The notes: a model not told the origin generated them from the sequence alone. A stretch of DNA of 64,000 nt from Octopus sinensis (GCF_006345805.1 NC_042999.1:38750001-38814000), one strand, 5' to 3'; shown: positions 1 through 13,727, numbered from the stretch's first letter. A program made the numbers and translations.

Positions 1-460
1 ATATATGTTTACATTTATATATTTGTACATGTAAACATACCCACGCAGACAAAAACACAGAGAACCACACAAATGTATATATTATGCATGTTAATTTATA
101 TATAATGGAAATGGAAATCACATGAGCAGATATAATTCTATCTATTTTGTATTTGAGGTTTTCGATGCACAAAATATAACTCAAATGTGTAAACTGTGAG
201 CATTTAGTATCGAAATAGTGGTTGATGTAATGAACATACCAATCGTCGGATATATATACGTAAGAAGGTTTTAGGATTTAGTTGTATATTGTGAAGTTCA
301 GCAGAAAACGAAAATAAAATGACACCCTTGTGTGTGTCTGTATGCGTTACCATAGAGACGCACAGGAGTCCTGTCGAAAGGATTATATTGTATCATCAGA
401 ATATTCGGCGATTACACTATAAGTACCAAAGGAGAATGAAAGTGGATTACACTACAACAA

Positions 461-461
461 G

Positions 462-531
<70 letters not shown>
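461..531. repeat. (TAC)n microsatellite
   Basis: Direct tandem tactactac run; explains the poly-T/poly-Y in ORF 319..843. Confidence 0.97.
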
Positions 532-532
<1 letters not shown>

Positions 533-677
533 GGTTTCAGTGCCCTACTTGTATCTATTTTTTCGACCCCAAGTGGATGAAACTTAGTCAGCCTCGGCGG
601 AATTTGAGCGGGTATGTGGAGACGGACGAAAGCATCTTCTCCGGCGTGCTAACGATTCTGCCACCTCCACGCCTCAG
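532..677 (-). mobile_element. Degenerate tRNA-headed SINE (MetaSINE-like central motif)
   Basis: The minus strand reads gaggcgtggaggtggcagaatcgttagcacgccgg (A-box-like), ctcaaattccgccgagg (B-box-like), then tttcatccacttggggtcgaaaaaataga. The family assignment is from memory of SINE central domains. Confidence 0.7.
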
Positions 678-678
678 T

Positions 679-803
<125 letters not shown>

Positions 804-805
804 TA

Positions 806-995
806 TATACCCTGCCACCATAATATCTCGGCAAAGAATTTGATAAGCTCAGAAACTATAAGATTTGCTAATCGAAATCTTGGCATCACACAAGACGGTT
901 ACAATATCAGTGATTGTCGGTACACTTGGAACGATCAAAAAGAGCTGTGAATTATTTAAGAATGATCCTTGGCTTACCATCGATGCATGAAGTAC
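806..995 (+). mobile_element. R4/Dong-clade non-LTR retrotransposon fragment (C-terminal restriction-like endonuclease region)
   Basis: Frameshifted translation HNISA-KEFDKLRNYK-LLIEI...TISVIVGTLGTIKK-AVNYLRMILGLPSMHEVQ matches the RLE-clade C-terminus and the fragment at 7064-7261. It begins right after the (AAT)n tract. Confidence 0.75.
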
Positions 996-1640
996 AGAGT
1001 ACTGAGAAGGGCATTGTCGTTGTGACTTTTCTTTTCTTTTCCCCGTTTATTTTCTTTGCTTATTTTTTTTTATTTGTATTATTTTTCATTTTTCTGTCGT
1101 TCTTCCCCTTTTTATCTATCACATGACTTTGTAAATGAATAATCTGGTGTGTTTATTTTAATGAACTACCAATGTATACTGTGATTCTCTCCGCCCTAGG
1201 TATCAGGAAGACACACGACAAGAAATAGAAACAGAAATGAAAGACGATAACAATTATAATGATAATAATGATTATGATATTAACAACATGACAACATGAA
1301 CAACAACAACAACAAAAATTATAATAATGATGATGATGATGATGCTAATGATAATAATAAGAATAATAATAAGAAGAATAGTCTGATTTATGTGAATGAA
1401 TGGGCATTTACAAACGACAAAGATTTTGTAGTGACAATATTTTATTTCCATGTTTAGTAATAATAAATAATCTCGGCAGAATCTAACTCTGAATCGCCGC
1501 CTCCATTGCCACCAAAAGCATGGTGAGTATATAGTAGTTGGAAAAGGCGCAGTCCAACTTTCCAGTTAATGTGTGTTTATTATAGCAAACACATGCTGTG
1601 AAGCATTTCATTGAATGTGAATCAAACAGGAGCAGACATA

Positions 1641-2045
1641 GGCGCAGGAGTGGTTGTGTGGTAAGTAGCTTGCTTACCAACCACATGGTTTCGGGTTCAG
1701 TCCCACTGCGTGGCATCTTGGGCAACTGTTTTCTGCTATAGCTTCGGGCAGACCAAAGCCTTGTGAGTGGATTTGGTAGACGGAAACTGAAAGAAGCCTG
1801 TCGTATATATGTATATGTATATGTATGTGTGTGTATGTTTGTGTGCCTGTGTTTGTCCCCTAGCATTGCTTGACAACCGATGCTGGTGTGTTTATGGCCC
1901 CGTCACTTAGCGGTTCGGCAAAAGAAACCGATAGAATAAGTACTGGGCTTACAAAGAATAAGTTCCGGGGTCGATTTGTTCGACTAAAGGCGATGCTCCA
2001 GCATGGCCGCAGTCAAATGACTGAAACAAGTAAAAGAGTAAAAGA
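1641..2045 (+). mobile_element. Full-length SINE, family A (tRNA head + CORE-like + internal TA/TG microsatellite + LINE-like tail)
   Basis: Starts ggcgcaggagtggttgtgtggtaagtag, has B-box gggttcagtccc and the cttgggcaa CORE-like motif, and ends in the tail gcatggccgcagtcaaatgactgaaacaagtaaaagag. More than 10 related copies occur in the window. Confidence 0.92.
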
Positions 2046-2607
2046 CACGCTGAATTTCAAATGATCGACCACACAATGCTAAAACTCTGTTTCATAGATT
2101 AACAGTTCTAGGATCTATAACTACTACTCTCAACTTTCTCATTTAAATTCTTCCAAACGGATTTTCACCTTTTCAAACATAGTTTTGTAATAAAAGATTC
2201 ACATACCAAGAAGATGTAGGTGTTTCATTGAAGCAGTTGAGAATCACCAAAGAGGAAGAGCGTTTTCTTTCAGAAATAGGAATATCTAATTGAACACCAA
2301 GTGGGCAAATGACAATTGAACCTAATGGAGCATATATTGATAAAGAAAAAATGTTTAATAGTATTTATATCTAGATTTTCTTTCAAAAATGTGACATTCT
2401 ATGTACAAGATAAAAGGCATTTCGTTTGGCCTAGCTTGTACTTAGCAGCCATGAATATTTATACCCCTGTAATATGCAAATATATTTTGATATAGTTTTA
2501 TTAATCGCATTAAAATATCACATGTATATTCATTTGCATGAATTTGTACAACTGTAACAGTACATACGACAAGCAATGAATTTCTTATCTCTCTATCTCT
2601 CTATCTC

Positions 2608-2719
<112 letters not shown>

Positions 2720-2833
2720 AATATATATATATATATATTTCAACAATTGAGGGTAAAATTAATTAGTTATTAATCAATTTCACCAAGTATTCAGTATGTA
2801 AAAGGACCATTTAAGGCGAATTCAAAATATTAC

Positions 2834-3036
2834 ATTATATAAAAGGGCTAAGTAAAATAAATTACTTTGCCACATACTGAACTCATTAGAAATAGCAGCC
2901 AAAAAGGTTTTTTTAACTATTTCTAATACTTAAAGAAGTTTTCTTTAAGTATTAGAAATAGCTAAAAAAACTTTTTTGGCTGCTATTTCTAATGAGTTCA
3001 GTATGTGGCAAAGTAATTTATTTTACTTAGCCCTTT

Positions 3037-3044
<8 letters not shown>
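2834..3044. repeat. Near-perfect hairpin (~104-bp arms, 3-nt loop) made of a PLE-type terminus
   Basis: attatataaaagggctaag...cttaaagaa [gtt] ttctttaag...cttagcccttttatataat. It contains the gaaatagcagccaaaaa motif shared with 15500, 33630, 39728 and 40290. Confidence 0.9.
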
Positions 3045-3085
<41 letters not shown>

Positions 3086-3090
3086 ATAAT

Positions 3091-4686
3091 AGAAATATGT
3101 TACAAATAGAAAATAGAAACTACACGAGGAAATGTAAGTGGAAGGTAAGAAGAAAGATAAGCGAAAATGCGCATTGGAAATCAAAAAAGTAAAGGCTTTT
3201 TAATGAAAGGTAGCGATAGATATATATATAATCACATGAACTGAGGTAGGAATAAAAGTAATAAAAGTCATTACTGGGAATTGTTAAAGAGATTCAAAAG
3301 CATACCGGTTTCGTAAAATTAACGATCGCTACTTTGAATGCACACCGATTACCGAACGGTATTGAGTCTACTAGTCCCCGAATAAAACAGATTATGTGTA
3401 AGGGAGGTAAATAGTTCTGGATATGGTGCAATTGGTGTAGATATAGATCTGTAAAGTGAATGGTGTATGGGATGTATGGGTGGTATTAATTGAAAGGTTT
3501 GTCGTGTTCTGTATTAAGTTAGATGTTCATATTGAGTTGTGGAAGATATTTATTGATGAAAGTTGCCTCTTTATTTATTCTTTATTCTACTGAGGTATTC
3601 TGTCAACATTCATAGAAGGAGAAAATTGGGTAATTAGGATTAAGCTTCCTAGCACTGCTTTCTATGACCTGTATCTGTATGTTTTGTGGGTGGCGGATTT
3701 GTTCTTTGTGGAGAGTGGGTTCTTATTGGTTCCCGAAAGATTAGGTTAGTCAGGAGGTTGCGATGGATCATTTGAGTTTCTATTGTGGGCTGAATTCCTG
3801 GTTTTTCGTTGAAAGTTATTTTGGGGTGTAAGACAGATTAGGTCGGTGGAGTTGTGTCACCTAGATCGTCTGTGGTTTGTGTTAGTTAAGTGTGGGGTAA
3901 TTTCTGCATATGTTTTTGGTTTATTTTTCTACAGGAAGGTATTATCCGATACGTTTTCTATGTTGAACTCTGTTTCGTAATTAATAAAGAAATTGGCTTG
4001 TCTTTCCCTGCGTTGTAGAGAATTCGTTTCTTCAGCTTCACAAGTTGTTTTCCACAGTTTAAAAACACTGTGTCAGTTTCTTCCTTAATTGTCTTTGTTG
4101 GTCCTGCTCGTTTGGAGTACGTTTAATTTGGAATTTACGAGGCAAAATTATTGGCGCAGAATTGAACCAGAGTTCATAAATTTCTACCTTGTGGTTGTTT
4201 TTAATCATATTCTAGAAAGAAAATTTTCTGGTTTTAAGCTTTTCATTCCATATGTGTATAATGCGGTTTTTAATTGATTTTTTAAGCGTGGAGAGGGTTC
4301 TTGTGTATTATCTGTAGGTGGGTTTACATTTAAGTAATCATTATGAGATAAAGAATGAAGAGTGGTACATAATTCGGACAAATGTTTATTGAGCTGTTCC
4401 ACAGATTGTTCCTTGTCTTCTTTTTCTCTTTTCTCTTGAGTAAAACGAGTGAGTCCATCGATCTTGCTAATTTAAAGTCTCAAATTCGTGTTGATCGCTT
4501 CCAGTTCCTTATGGGTTGAGAGTTTCAATTGCAGAGTTTGGTATTTGTGGCATTTTCAATCTCACGTGTAGTGAAGTGAAATACAAGAGAACTATGTTAC
4601 AAAAAGAAAATAGAAACTACACGTGGAAATGAAAAGAAGAAAAAAAAGCGAAAATGCACATTGTAAATCAAAAAAGTAAAGGCTTG
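3091..4686 (-). mobile_element. Decayed Penelope-like element: ~100-bp direct repeats flanking a disrupted ORF remnant
   Basis: Direct repeats at 3091-3198 and 4588-4685 (atgttacaaa..gaaaatagaaactacacg...aaatcaaaaaagtaaaggct). A degenerate hammerhead (GAAACCGGTA, palindromic stem III) lies at 3300-3341, and a stop-riddled ORF includes 4205..4402. No RT motif was recognised. Confidence 0.5.
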
Positions 4687-4694
4687 TTTGTATG

Positions 4695-4890
<196 letters not shown>

Positions 4891-5989
4891 AGTATAGAGT
4901 ATGTATATGTTTATATACATTGTCAGTTTTAAAATTCAACAAATGTAGTGTTTTCTACGTATAAAATATATATCATTTACTACAACGTTTGAGGCAAATA
5001 CTGGCATTATATTATACTACATAACTATCAATCTTGTGAGCAATATTGCTATATTTTACAATATGAAACTATTTATATCCGTAATGCATAGATACACAAC
5101 TAAATTTATAGCACAGAGAAAGAAGGCAAATATTTTGAGTGTTGAAATCAATTTCCAATCCACATCAATTGGCAAATCATACGACTTTCTAATGAAGAAG
5201 ATTAAATCCACTCAGCTATGCAAGACAAGTAATGACCTTCCGTTACTAATGAATCTTCTGTAAATTGAACTATGAATTTGTAGATGTAGCTGGGGGTGTA
5301 GATCTGGTCAGAGAAGAGACAATATGTCTAGATTCTCTAAGGAAAATATCGAACGAAGACAAGTGTTCGACACAATTACAACGTGCACAGTGACCTTTTT
5401 ATGCTCTTCCGATTGAACGACTTTTGAATGAAAGCACTCACAGATATTAACGCTGCTGTGAATATGAACAAATAGAATAGTACGTGAAAGTATGTAGGAA
5501 GTCATTGATAATTAGAATTCTGTATCAAGCAGCGGTTATATAATTGTTTTCGATGGAATATGAGGATATATTGGATATCATAGACAATTTGATGGGTGGA
5601 ATGAAACTTTATATGAATGTATAATGAATGGGGAATGGAAGTTCATCGCACCTCGTACACGGAGCAATTCTTATAATATTCGTTAATATACTTTATAGTA
5701 ATAACCAGAAACGTCGGATCAGTGTTCTATTCTAACGATGTATTAATTTCCGTAACACACACACACACATTTAGAATAAACAAGGTATATGTTTTTATAC
5801 ATCAACATTCATGCAGACATCGGAGTAAAGAAAGCTCAACCTTATTTTTCAAACTTATTTTGGATATAAAACATAACCAAAGTATAATATTAAATTATCA
5901 ATGTTGAAGAGTGCAGAAACTTACGACGTAGATTAAACCAGATGTGAATTTTGCCTCGATGAGTCACTCTTTATGTTTATGTCGGAGTA

Positions 5990-6360
5990 TATCTTTACTC
6001 TATGCTTTGTTTCAGTCATTAGACCAAGGGCCGGCTGGGACACTCTCTCGAAGAATTGTTAGTCGAACATACCGACCCAGTGCACGATTTTCTTTGTTTG
6101 CAAGTCTGCAAGTGATCCTATCCCTAAATTTCGCCAAACCGCTACGTTACGGGCATGCAAACAAACCAGTAACTCTTGTCTGGCGTGTGGTTGGCACAAA
6201 CGCAGGCACAAATACACAGATACACACAGACACTCATATACATAGATGCAGGCGAGGCTGTGTGGTCAGAACTTTGCTTCCAAACTAGATGTCTTCGGGT
6301 TCAGTTCCACTGCGTGGCCCCATGGGCAGGTCTCTTGTACTATAGTTTTGGGCCGGCTAA
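5990..6360. mobile_element. Two old SINE family A fragments, back to back (3' half on minus ~5990-6240; head on plus ~6243-6360)
   Basis: ttgtttcagtcatt...aaaccgctacgttacggg matches the family tail reversed; gctgtgtggtcag...gggttcagttccactgcgtggc matches the head. Confidence 0.65.
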
Positions 6361-6541
6361 ATATTATAAATATAAAATAACTGTGAACAAAGGAGGAAGG
6401 CTTTCTAAGTTACGGTGAAAAACTTACTACGGAGGGCTCGTAGCATAATAATAACTGTATAATAACATATCATTATTTTTCAGTAATTATCAATTGACGG
6501 TTCAATATGATATACTCCAATACAGTTATTATTATTATTAA

Positions 6542-6577
<36 letters not shown>

Positions 6578-6768
6578 CACTTCACTACCGAGCGCAGCTC
6601 TGTGTGCCGTAGGTATGTGCTGTGATTTGTTGTGATGCTCTGATGGTTATTGCATGGAGAGTGTTCTGCGTAGGATGTGTGCAGTGCCTAGTAGTGCAAT
6701 TTTCTGTATATGTGTTATATGTGTTTGTAAGTCCTGGTGTTTTTGTTATGTATTTGTCTGAATAATTT
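6578..6768 (-). mobile_element. R4/Dong-clade 3' terminus (short, 5'-truncated)
   Basis: The minus strand encodes YITKTPGLTNTYN..IQKIALLGTAHILRRTLSMQ*, then an ~80-nt 3' UTR ending gtagtgaagtga and running directly into (TAA)n. Its 5' side is also a TAA tract. Confidence 0.8.
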
Positions 6769-6776
6769 AAAAAATA

Positions 6777-6841
<65 letters not shown>

Positions 6842-6871
6842 GTTATTATTATTATTATTATTATAATTATT

Positions 6872-7760
6872 TTATGTTTGAGTTTTACTTTACATTTGTA
6901 CAAGTTGGCTCCAAGTCTCACCCAGAGACCTCAAGAATCAACAAGTTGGAACTTCATGTTGGTGGTTTACGTAGGGTGCCATATATTTGGTTTTGTACTT
7001 AGTGTTGTACTAGTGAATGTTTAAGAAACCATAAAAAAATTATGTTTCTATTAAAACTTGAGATTACATAGAAAGTATTTTACGTAGGATATGAGCAGTT
7101 CCCATGAGCACTATCTTTTGAATTTCTGCCATTTGGGGGTTTCCTGGTATCTGAGCTAGGTAGCAACCAGCCACTTTTGCTATCATTATTCCCAGGGCAC
7201 CTATGACAACAGGTATTGTTTTAGTCTTCATGTTCCACATTTTGCTAATTTCCAATTTCAAGATCTTTATATTTGCTCAGATTTGGTAGGTCTTGACAGA
7301 TATGTTCATATCGATTGAGACAGTCATATCAATGAGGAGGCATGATTTTTGCCTGAAGCCTTTCAATATGATGTCTCGTCTATTCGCATCTATTTTTCTC
7401 TCAGTTTGAATGGTAAAGTTCCAGAGGAGTGAGATGTGGTCATTTTGAAGCGCTAGAGGTGGTTTGTGTTCCAACCAGTTTTATCATGGGACAAATCCAG
7501 GCTTTTGCAAATTACCCAGTGAATATATTGTGCAGCTCTATCATGCATGTTGAGGAACTCTGTAGGCACAAGAAGACTGCACTAGGAGACAACGTGATCA
7601 ATGGTTTCATTTTATTGTTGACATACACGACATCCTGGGCTACTGCCTTTCTTTAATATGTTGGCATGGTAGTACCTTGTAGGCTGGCATTAATCTTGAG
7701 CTGCTATGCTAAACTCTTCTGCTTGCGATTTTAAGCCAGAGGCCTTAGCCATTGATCGAT
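6872..7760 (-). mobile_element. R4/Dong-clade retrotransposon 3' portion (CCHC zinc finger + RLE endonuclease), pseudogenised
   Basis: Pieces: IAAQD...CRVCQQ*NETIDHVVS*C; HKPPLALQNDHISLLWNFTIQTERKIDANRRDIILK..CLLIDMTV; TKTIPVVIGALG...IQKIVLMGTAHILRKILSM*. The 3' UTR ends at the (TAA)n tract 6781-6870. Confidence 0.88.
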
Positions 7761-7801
7761 TTATTAAACTTTTTTACACAGCCCTAAGATATATTATATT
7801 T

Positions 7802-7839
<38 letters not shown>

Positions 7840-8519
7840 TATTATATATATATATATATATATAAACTTACTTGGAGAGAAGAGAAAACAACGCGTGCGT
7901 TCGGTCATATAATAACAATATAATAATAAAACAGATGCATATATACATATGTTATATGTATATACTTACATCTATATGTATATATACATGCATATATGAG
8001 TAAAGGACACCACAAATAAAAGTAGAACACAACGAGAAACGAAAACATAAAATCAAACAAGGAAACGGACTTTTTTAACAACGAAAAAACAGAGTACAGG
8101 ACAAACACTACAAGGAAAATTCACCTTCATCAGCTGTCCCAGGTTCGACTCGATGCGTGTTTCGAAGGTAAGGGCAGAACACGACCCGGCCGAAACAATC
8201 CTTCCTGCAAAAGGAATTAAAAAACATTATTTTGCAGAGGGGTAAAACAAGTGACAAGAACAGGACGTAAAAGCAATACAAATGAAGAAAAAACAGTAGA
8301 AAAACAGTGCAAATACGGAATAACAGGACAAGGAAACCAACAATAAGGGCTTTTTTAAGCCTAGACGGTGGAAAATTCTATAGAACGCATGTGAAAAATC
8401 GGCTTGCGGAAGACAGAGAAATCGATGTTCGCTTGTTGAAAGCACGAGCAGAAAGAAAATTTAGTAGCACTCCGGTCAACGGCCAGAGAGAGGATGAGGA
8501 GTGAGATATATATATATAT

Positions 8520-8588
<69 letters not shown>

Positions 8589-8870
8589 CATGTATGTATG
8601 TATATGGAAAAAAAGTAATAATAGAAAATGCTCAAATAGTTTTATATAAAACATTTCAGTACCGGTTTCAATCATTGCGACTTTTTCAACTGTAAGTATG
8701 TAAAACAATTAAATTTTGGAAAAATTATAAGAAAGCTTTTTCAAAAGAATATTTGCATAGTATTCCAATACATGGGGCATTTTCCTTGCTTCTGCTTATC
8801 TCTGTCTCTCTTGTTTATTCTTGCGGGTCGTTGTGAATTCTTATATATATATTCTTATATATGTAATACG

Positions 8871-8922
<52 letters not shown>

Positions 8923-9039
8923 CGTGCCTGTGTGTGTGGATACGTATGTATATATATAATAATAATATTAGGGAGTAAATCCAAACTTACAGGGACAAAT
9001 TAGATTTAGGATTAAATCAAACTTCACAGTATATATATC

Positions 9040-9308
9040 AATTAAATTAGAGATAAAACCACTATTAGGCAAATCAAATAGTCAAAAACATAAACCAAAA
9101 CATAAAACTAAATATAATTAATATAATATACAAAATATATAAAACATAGAATTTTAAATTAAATTATTTGAATTTAAAATTTTTAATTTATATTTATAAT
9201 TTTTTATACATTTATATATATATATATATTTCTTATTTATTTTTTAAAATTTAAATTTATAAATTTATAAAATATTTAATTATAAATTTAAAATTTTAAA
9301 AAATAAAT

Positions 9309-9346
<38 letters not shown>

Positions 9347-9516
9347 TATAAAAAATTATAAATATAAATTAAAAATTTTAAATTTAAATAATTTAATTTA
9401 AAATTCTATATTTTTTTATATTTTGTATATTATATTAATTATATTTAGTTTTATGTTTTGGTTTATGTTTTTCACTGTTTGATTTGCCTGATAGTGGTTT
9501 TATCTCTAATTTAATT
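9040..9516. repeat. Extremely AT-rich hairpin (~220-bp arms)
   Basis: aattaaattagagataaaaccacta..ggcaaatcaaa...aaaacataaaccaaaacataaaactaaat is mirrored by atttagttttatgttttggtttatgtttt...tttgatttgcctgatagtggttttatctctaatttaatt. The centre is near 9270. Confidence 0.9.
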
Positions 9517-9544
9517 TAGTTACATATATATGCATGTATGTATA

Positions 9545-9700
9545 TACGGCGGGTTTCTTTCAATTTTCTTCTCCTAAATGCACTCAACATATTTAGGTCG
9601 GTGCTTGGCAACAGTGGAAGACATTTTTCGGAGATCCAACGCAGTAGGACTGCATCTACAACCATGTGATTGGGAAGCAAACATCTTGCCATACAGCCTT
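9545..9700 (-). mobile_element. Diverged SINE family A 5' half
   Basis: tacggcgggtttctttcaattt...cgcagtaggactg...accatgtgattgggaagcaa is the reverse complement of the family head. Confidence 0.6.
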
Positions 9701-9751
9701 ACTCGTGTCGATGATTCCTGAATAAATATTTATCTAGTACTCTCTGTCTCC

Positions 9752-9870
<119 letters not shown>

Positions 9871-9935
9871 TATCTATTTATCTATCTACTTATCTATCTC
9901 CCCTTCTCTTTCTCTCTCTCTCTCTCCCTCCCCCT

Positions 9936-9977
<42 letters not shown>

Positions 9978-10067
9978 ATATGTAGGTCCCGGGTTGATTC
10001 GGGGTTAACCACAGTAAATAAGGTACTCAATACATAGTAGAGTAAAATTAATTTATTATATAGAAGG

Positions 10068-10118
10068 AGCTTCTACAGGACTAGAACTGTTTCATTCAAG
10101 AGAAATCTTCAGGAAGCT
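10068..10118 (-). ncRNA. Type I hammerhead ribozyme motif (PLE-associated)
   Basis: Minus strand: AGCUUC-CUGAAGA-U UUC[UCUU]GAA U-GAA-ACAG[UUCUAGUC]CUGU-A-GAAGCU. Stem I is 6 bp, stem III 4 bp, and the cleavage triplet is GUA. Stem II lacks the usual G10.1-C11.1 pair. Confidence 0.72.
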
Positions 10119-10729
10119 AGTTAACAAGAATTGTATTGGCATTTATACATTTAGGCAGGTTTAAAGGGGTGTTGGTGGGGGACTTTTTGGGGGTAGGCAT
10201 AGCGCAAAATATCATACTTGGGGGAGTGGTCAAGGAGTCAGTGTTAAATTAGATAGAAGAATAAATAAAAAAATAAAAAAATATATAAAAAAATATATAA
10301 AAATATATATAAAAAAGGGAATAGAGTTTTAGGTAAATAAGGAGATTCTCACTTATACCTATGCACATATGTATACATATATACACACACATACAAACAT
10401 ATATACATATACATACACACATACGTACACACACACATATATACATATATATACACTTACACATACATATACATATCTACACATACACATATATGTATAC
10501 ATACACACACTCACATGCATACACGTATACACACATGTATATATACACACACGACCACACATACATATACACACAGAAAAATATATATACACATACACAC
10601 ACATACTCACATACACGCATACACACACATATCCACACACTCATATGCACACACACATATGCACACACAGCACACTAGTCCCTATATACACATATATACA
10701 CATACACACACATATACACACACATACAT

Positions 10730-10775
<46 letters not shown>

Positions 10776-11237
10776 GTGTACCTATGCATACCTACACATA
10801 CACACATATATATACACATACAAATACAGACCCATTCCCTGATTTTAATTTTATTATCTTCATTTATTACTTTTGTTATCTTTGATCGCTGGTCACAAAC
10901 ATCTTGGCTATGACAGCCAGTCCATTTATCTGTCTACTGGAAAACAAGCACTCATTTACTCACGTACACTCTTTAGCACGTACACTCACTCATTCGCACA
11001 CTCATACACATACACGCACGCACGCGTTATATTCATACATACATACATCTACATACATTCACGTATATACACATACGTACGCGTACCTACAGATTCATGT
11101 CTACACTCTTAGAAGGCTAGTCTATACATATACACCAATAAATATAAATACACACACATACATATACACCTACATACAAATACATACATGTATATATATA
11201 TATACATATATACATATACACACATACATATACATAC

Positions 11238-11292
<55 letters not shown>

Positions 11293-11535
11293 CATACATA
11301 TACATATATACATATATATATATATATACATATACACACACATACACATACATACATATACACACATACACATACATACGTATACATACATACATACATC
11401 CATACATCCATACATACATACATTTATACACATACACACACCCACACGTATACATATACGTACATATATATATACGCGCATGCATACACATACAAATACA
11501 TACACATACGCATATACATATACATACATACACAT

Positions 11536-11570
<35 letters not shown>

Positions 11571-12299
11571 CATACACACACATACATATACATACATACA
11601 TATACAAATATACGCACACACATACATACATACTCATATACACATACACGCACATACACATGTACATGCGTACCCATACACACACACACACACACACGCG
11701 CATCCATATATACACATAAGTACACACATGCGTAAAAGTATACATATATCTATGCTTACACATACACACACACACACGTGCCTCCTTATATTCATACTTA
11801 CATGCATACTCAAAAAATAAGTAAATAGTAAAATATATATACGCGCAGTTATTCATACATGCATACTCAAAAAATAAATAATAAATATTAAGTATATATA
11901 ATAATAAATAATAAATATTAAGTATATATATGTATGTATCCGTCTATATAATAGGTAACTGCACGTACATATACTTAATATTTATTATTTATTTTTTGAG
12001 TATGCATGTATGAATAACTGCGCGTATATATATTTTACTATTTACTTATTTTTTGAGTATGCATGTAAGTATGAATATAAGGAGGCACGTGTGTGTGTGT
12101 GTATGTGTAAGCATAGATATATGTATACTTTTACGCATGTGTGTACTTATGTGTATATATGGATGCGCGCGTGTGTGTGTGTGTGTGTGTGTATGGGTAC
12201 GCATGTACATGTGTATGTGCGTGTATGTGTATATGAGTATGTATGTATGTGTGTGCGTATATTTGTATATGTATGTATGTATATGTATGTGTGTGTATG

Positions 12300-12330
<31 letters not shown>

Positions 12331-12531
12331 ATGTGTATGTATGTATATGCGTATGTGTATGTATTTGTATGTGTATGCATGCGCGTATATATATGTACGT
12401 ATATGTATACGTGTGGGTGTGTGTATGTGTATAAATGTATGTATGTATGGATGTATGGATGTATGTATGTATGTATACGTATGTATGTGTATGTGTGTAT
12501 ATGTATGTATGTGTATGTGTGTGTATATGTA

Positions 12532-12562
<31 letters not shown>

Positions 12563-12577
12563 ATGTATGTATATGTA

Positions 12578-12610
<33 letters not shown>

Positions 12611-13082
12611 GTATATATATATGTATGTATATATATGTGAATATGTATATATGTATATATATATATACATGTATGTATTTGTATGTAGGTGTATATGTAT
12701 GTGTGTGTATTTATATTTATTGGTGTATATGTATAGACTAGCCTTCTAAGAGTGTAGACATGAATCTGTAGGTACGCGTACGTATGTGTATATACGTGAA
12801 TGTATGTAGATGTATGTATGTATGAATATAACGCGTGCGTGCGTGTATGTGTATGAGTGTGCGAATGAGTGAGTGTACGTGCTAAAGAGTGTGCGTGAGT
12901 AAATGAGTGCTTGTTTTCCAGTAGACAGATAAATGGACTGGCTGTCATAGCCAAGATGTTTGTGACCAGCGATCAAAGATAACAAAAGTAATAAATGAAG
13001 ATAATAAAATTAAAATTAGGGAATGGGTCTGTATTTGTATGTGTATATATATGTGTGTATGTGTAGGTATGCATAGGTACAC

Positions 13083-13128
<46 letters not shown>

Positions 13129-13727
13129 ATGTATGTGTGTGTATATGTGTGTGTATGTGTATATATGTGTATATAGGGACTAGTGTGCTGTGTGTGCATA
13201 TGTGTGTGTGGATATGTGTGTGTATGCGTGTATGTGAGTATGTGTGTGTATGTGTATATATATTTTTCTGTGTGTATATGTATGTGTGGTCGTGTGTGTA
13301 TATATACATGTGTGTATACGTGTATGCATGTGAGTGTGTGTATGTATACTTATATGTGTATGTGTAGATATGTATATGTATGTGTAAGTGTATATATATG
13401 TATATATGTGTGTGTGTACGTATGTGTGTATGTATATGTATATATGTTTGTATGTGTGTGTATATATGTATACATATGTGCATAGGTATAAGTGAGAATC
13501 TCCTTATTTACCTAAAACTCTATTCCCTTTTTTTATATATATTTTTATATATTTTTTTATATATTTTTTAATTTTTTTTATTTATTCTTCTATCTAATTT
13601 AACACTGACTCCTTGACCACTCCCCCAAGTATGATATTTTGCGCTATGCCTACCCCCAAAAAGTCCCCCACCAACACCCCTTTAAACCTGCCTAAATGTA
13701 TAAATGCCAATACAATTCTTGTTAACT

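Noticed and set aside
1480-1521. Possible mini-exon encoding ESNSESPPPLPPKA followed by gtgagt
   Set aside because: The donor is good and the motif is SH3-ligand-like, but the acceptor has no pyrimidine tract, the upstream frame is closed and no partner exon was found.
10249-13571. Numerous long ORFs rich in Y/I/H/T/C/V/M (up to 271 aa)
   Set aside because: They are translations of TA/CA/TG dinucleotide repeats, which lack stops in several frames. They are mirrored on both strands only because of the palindrome.
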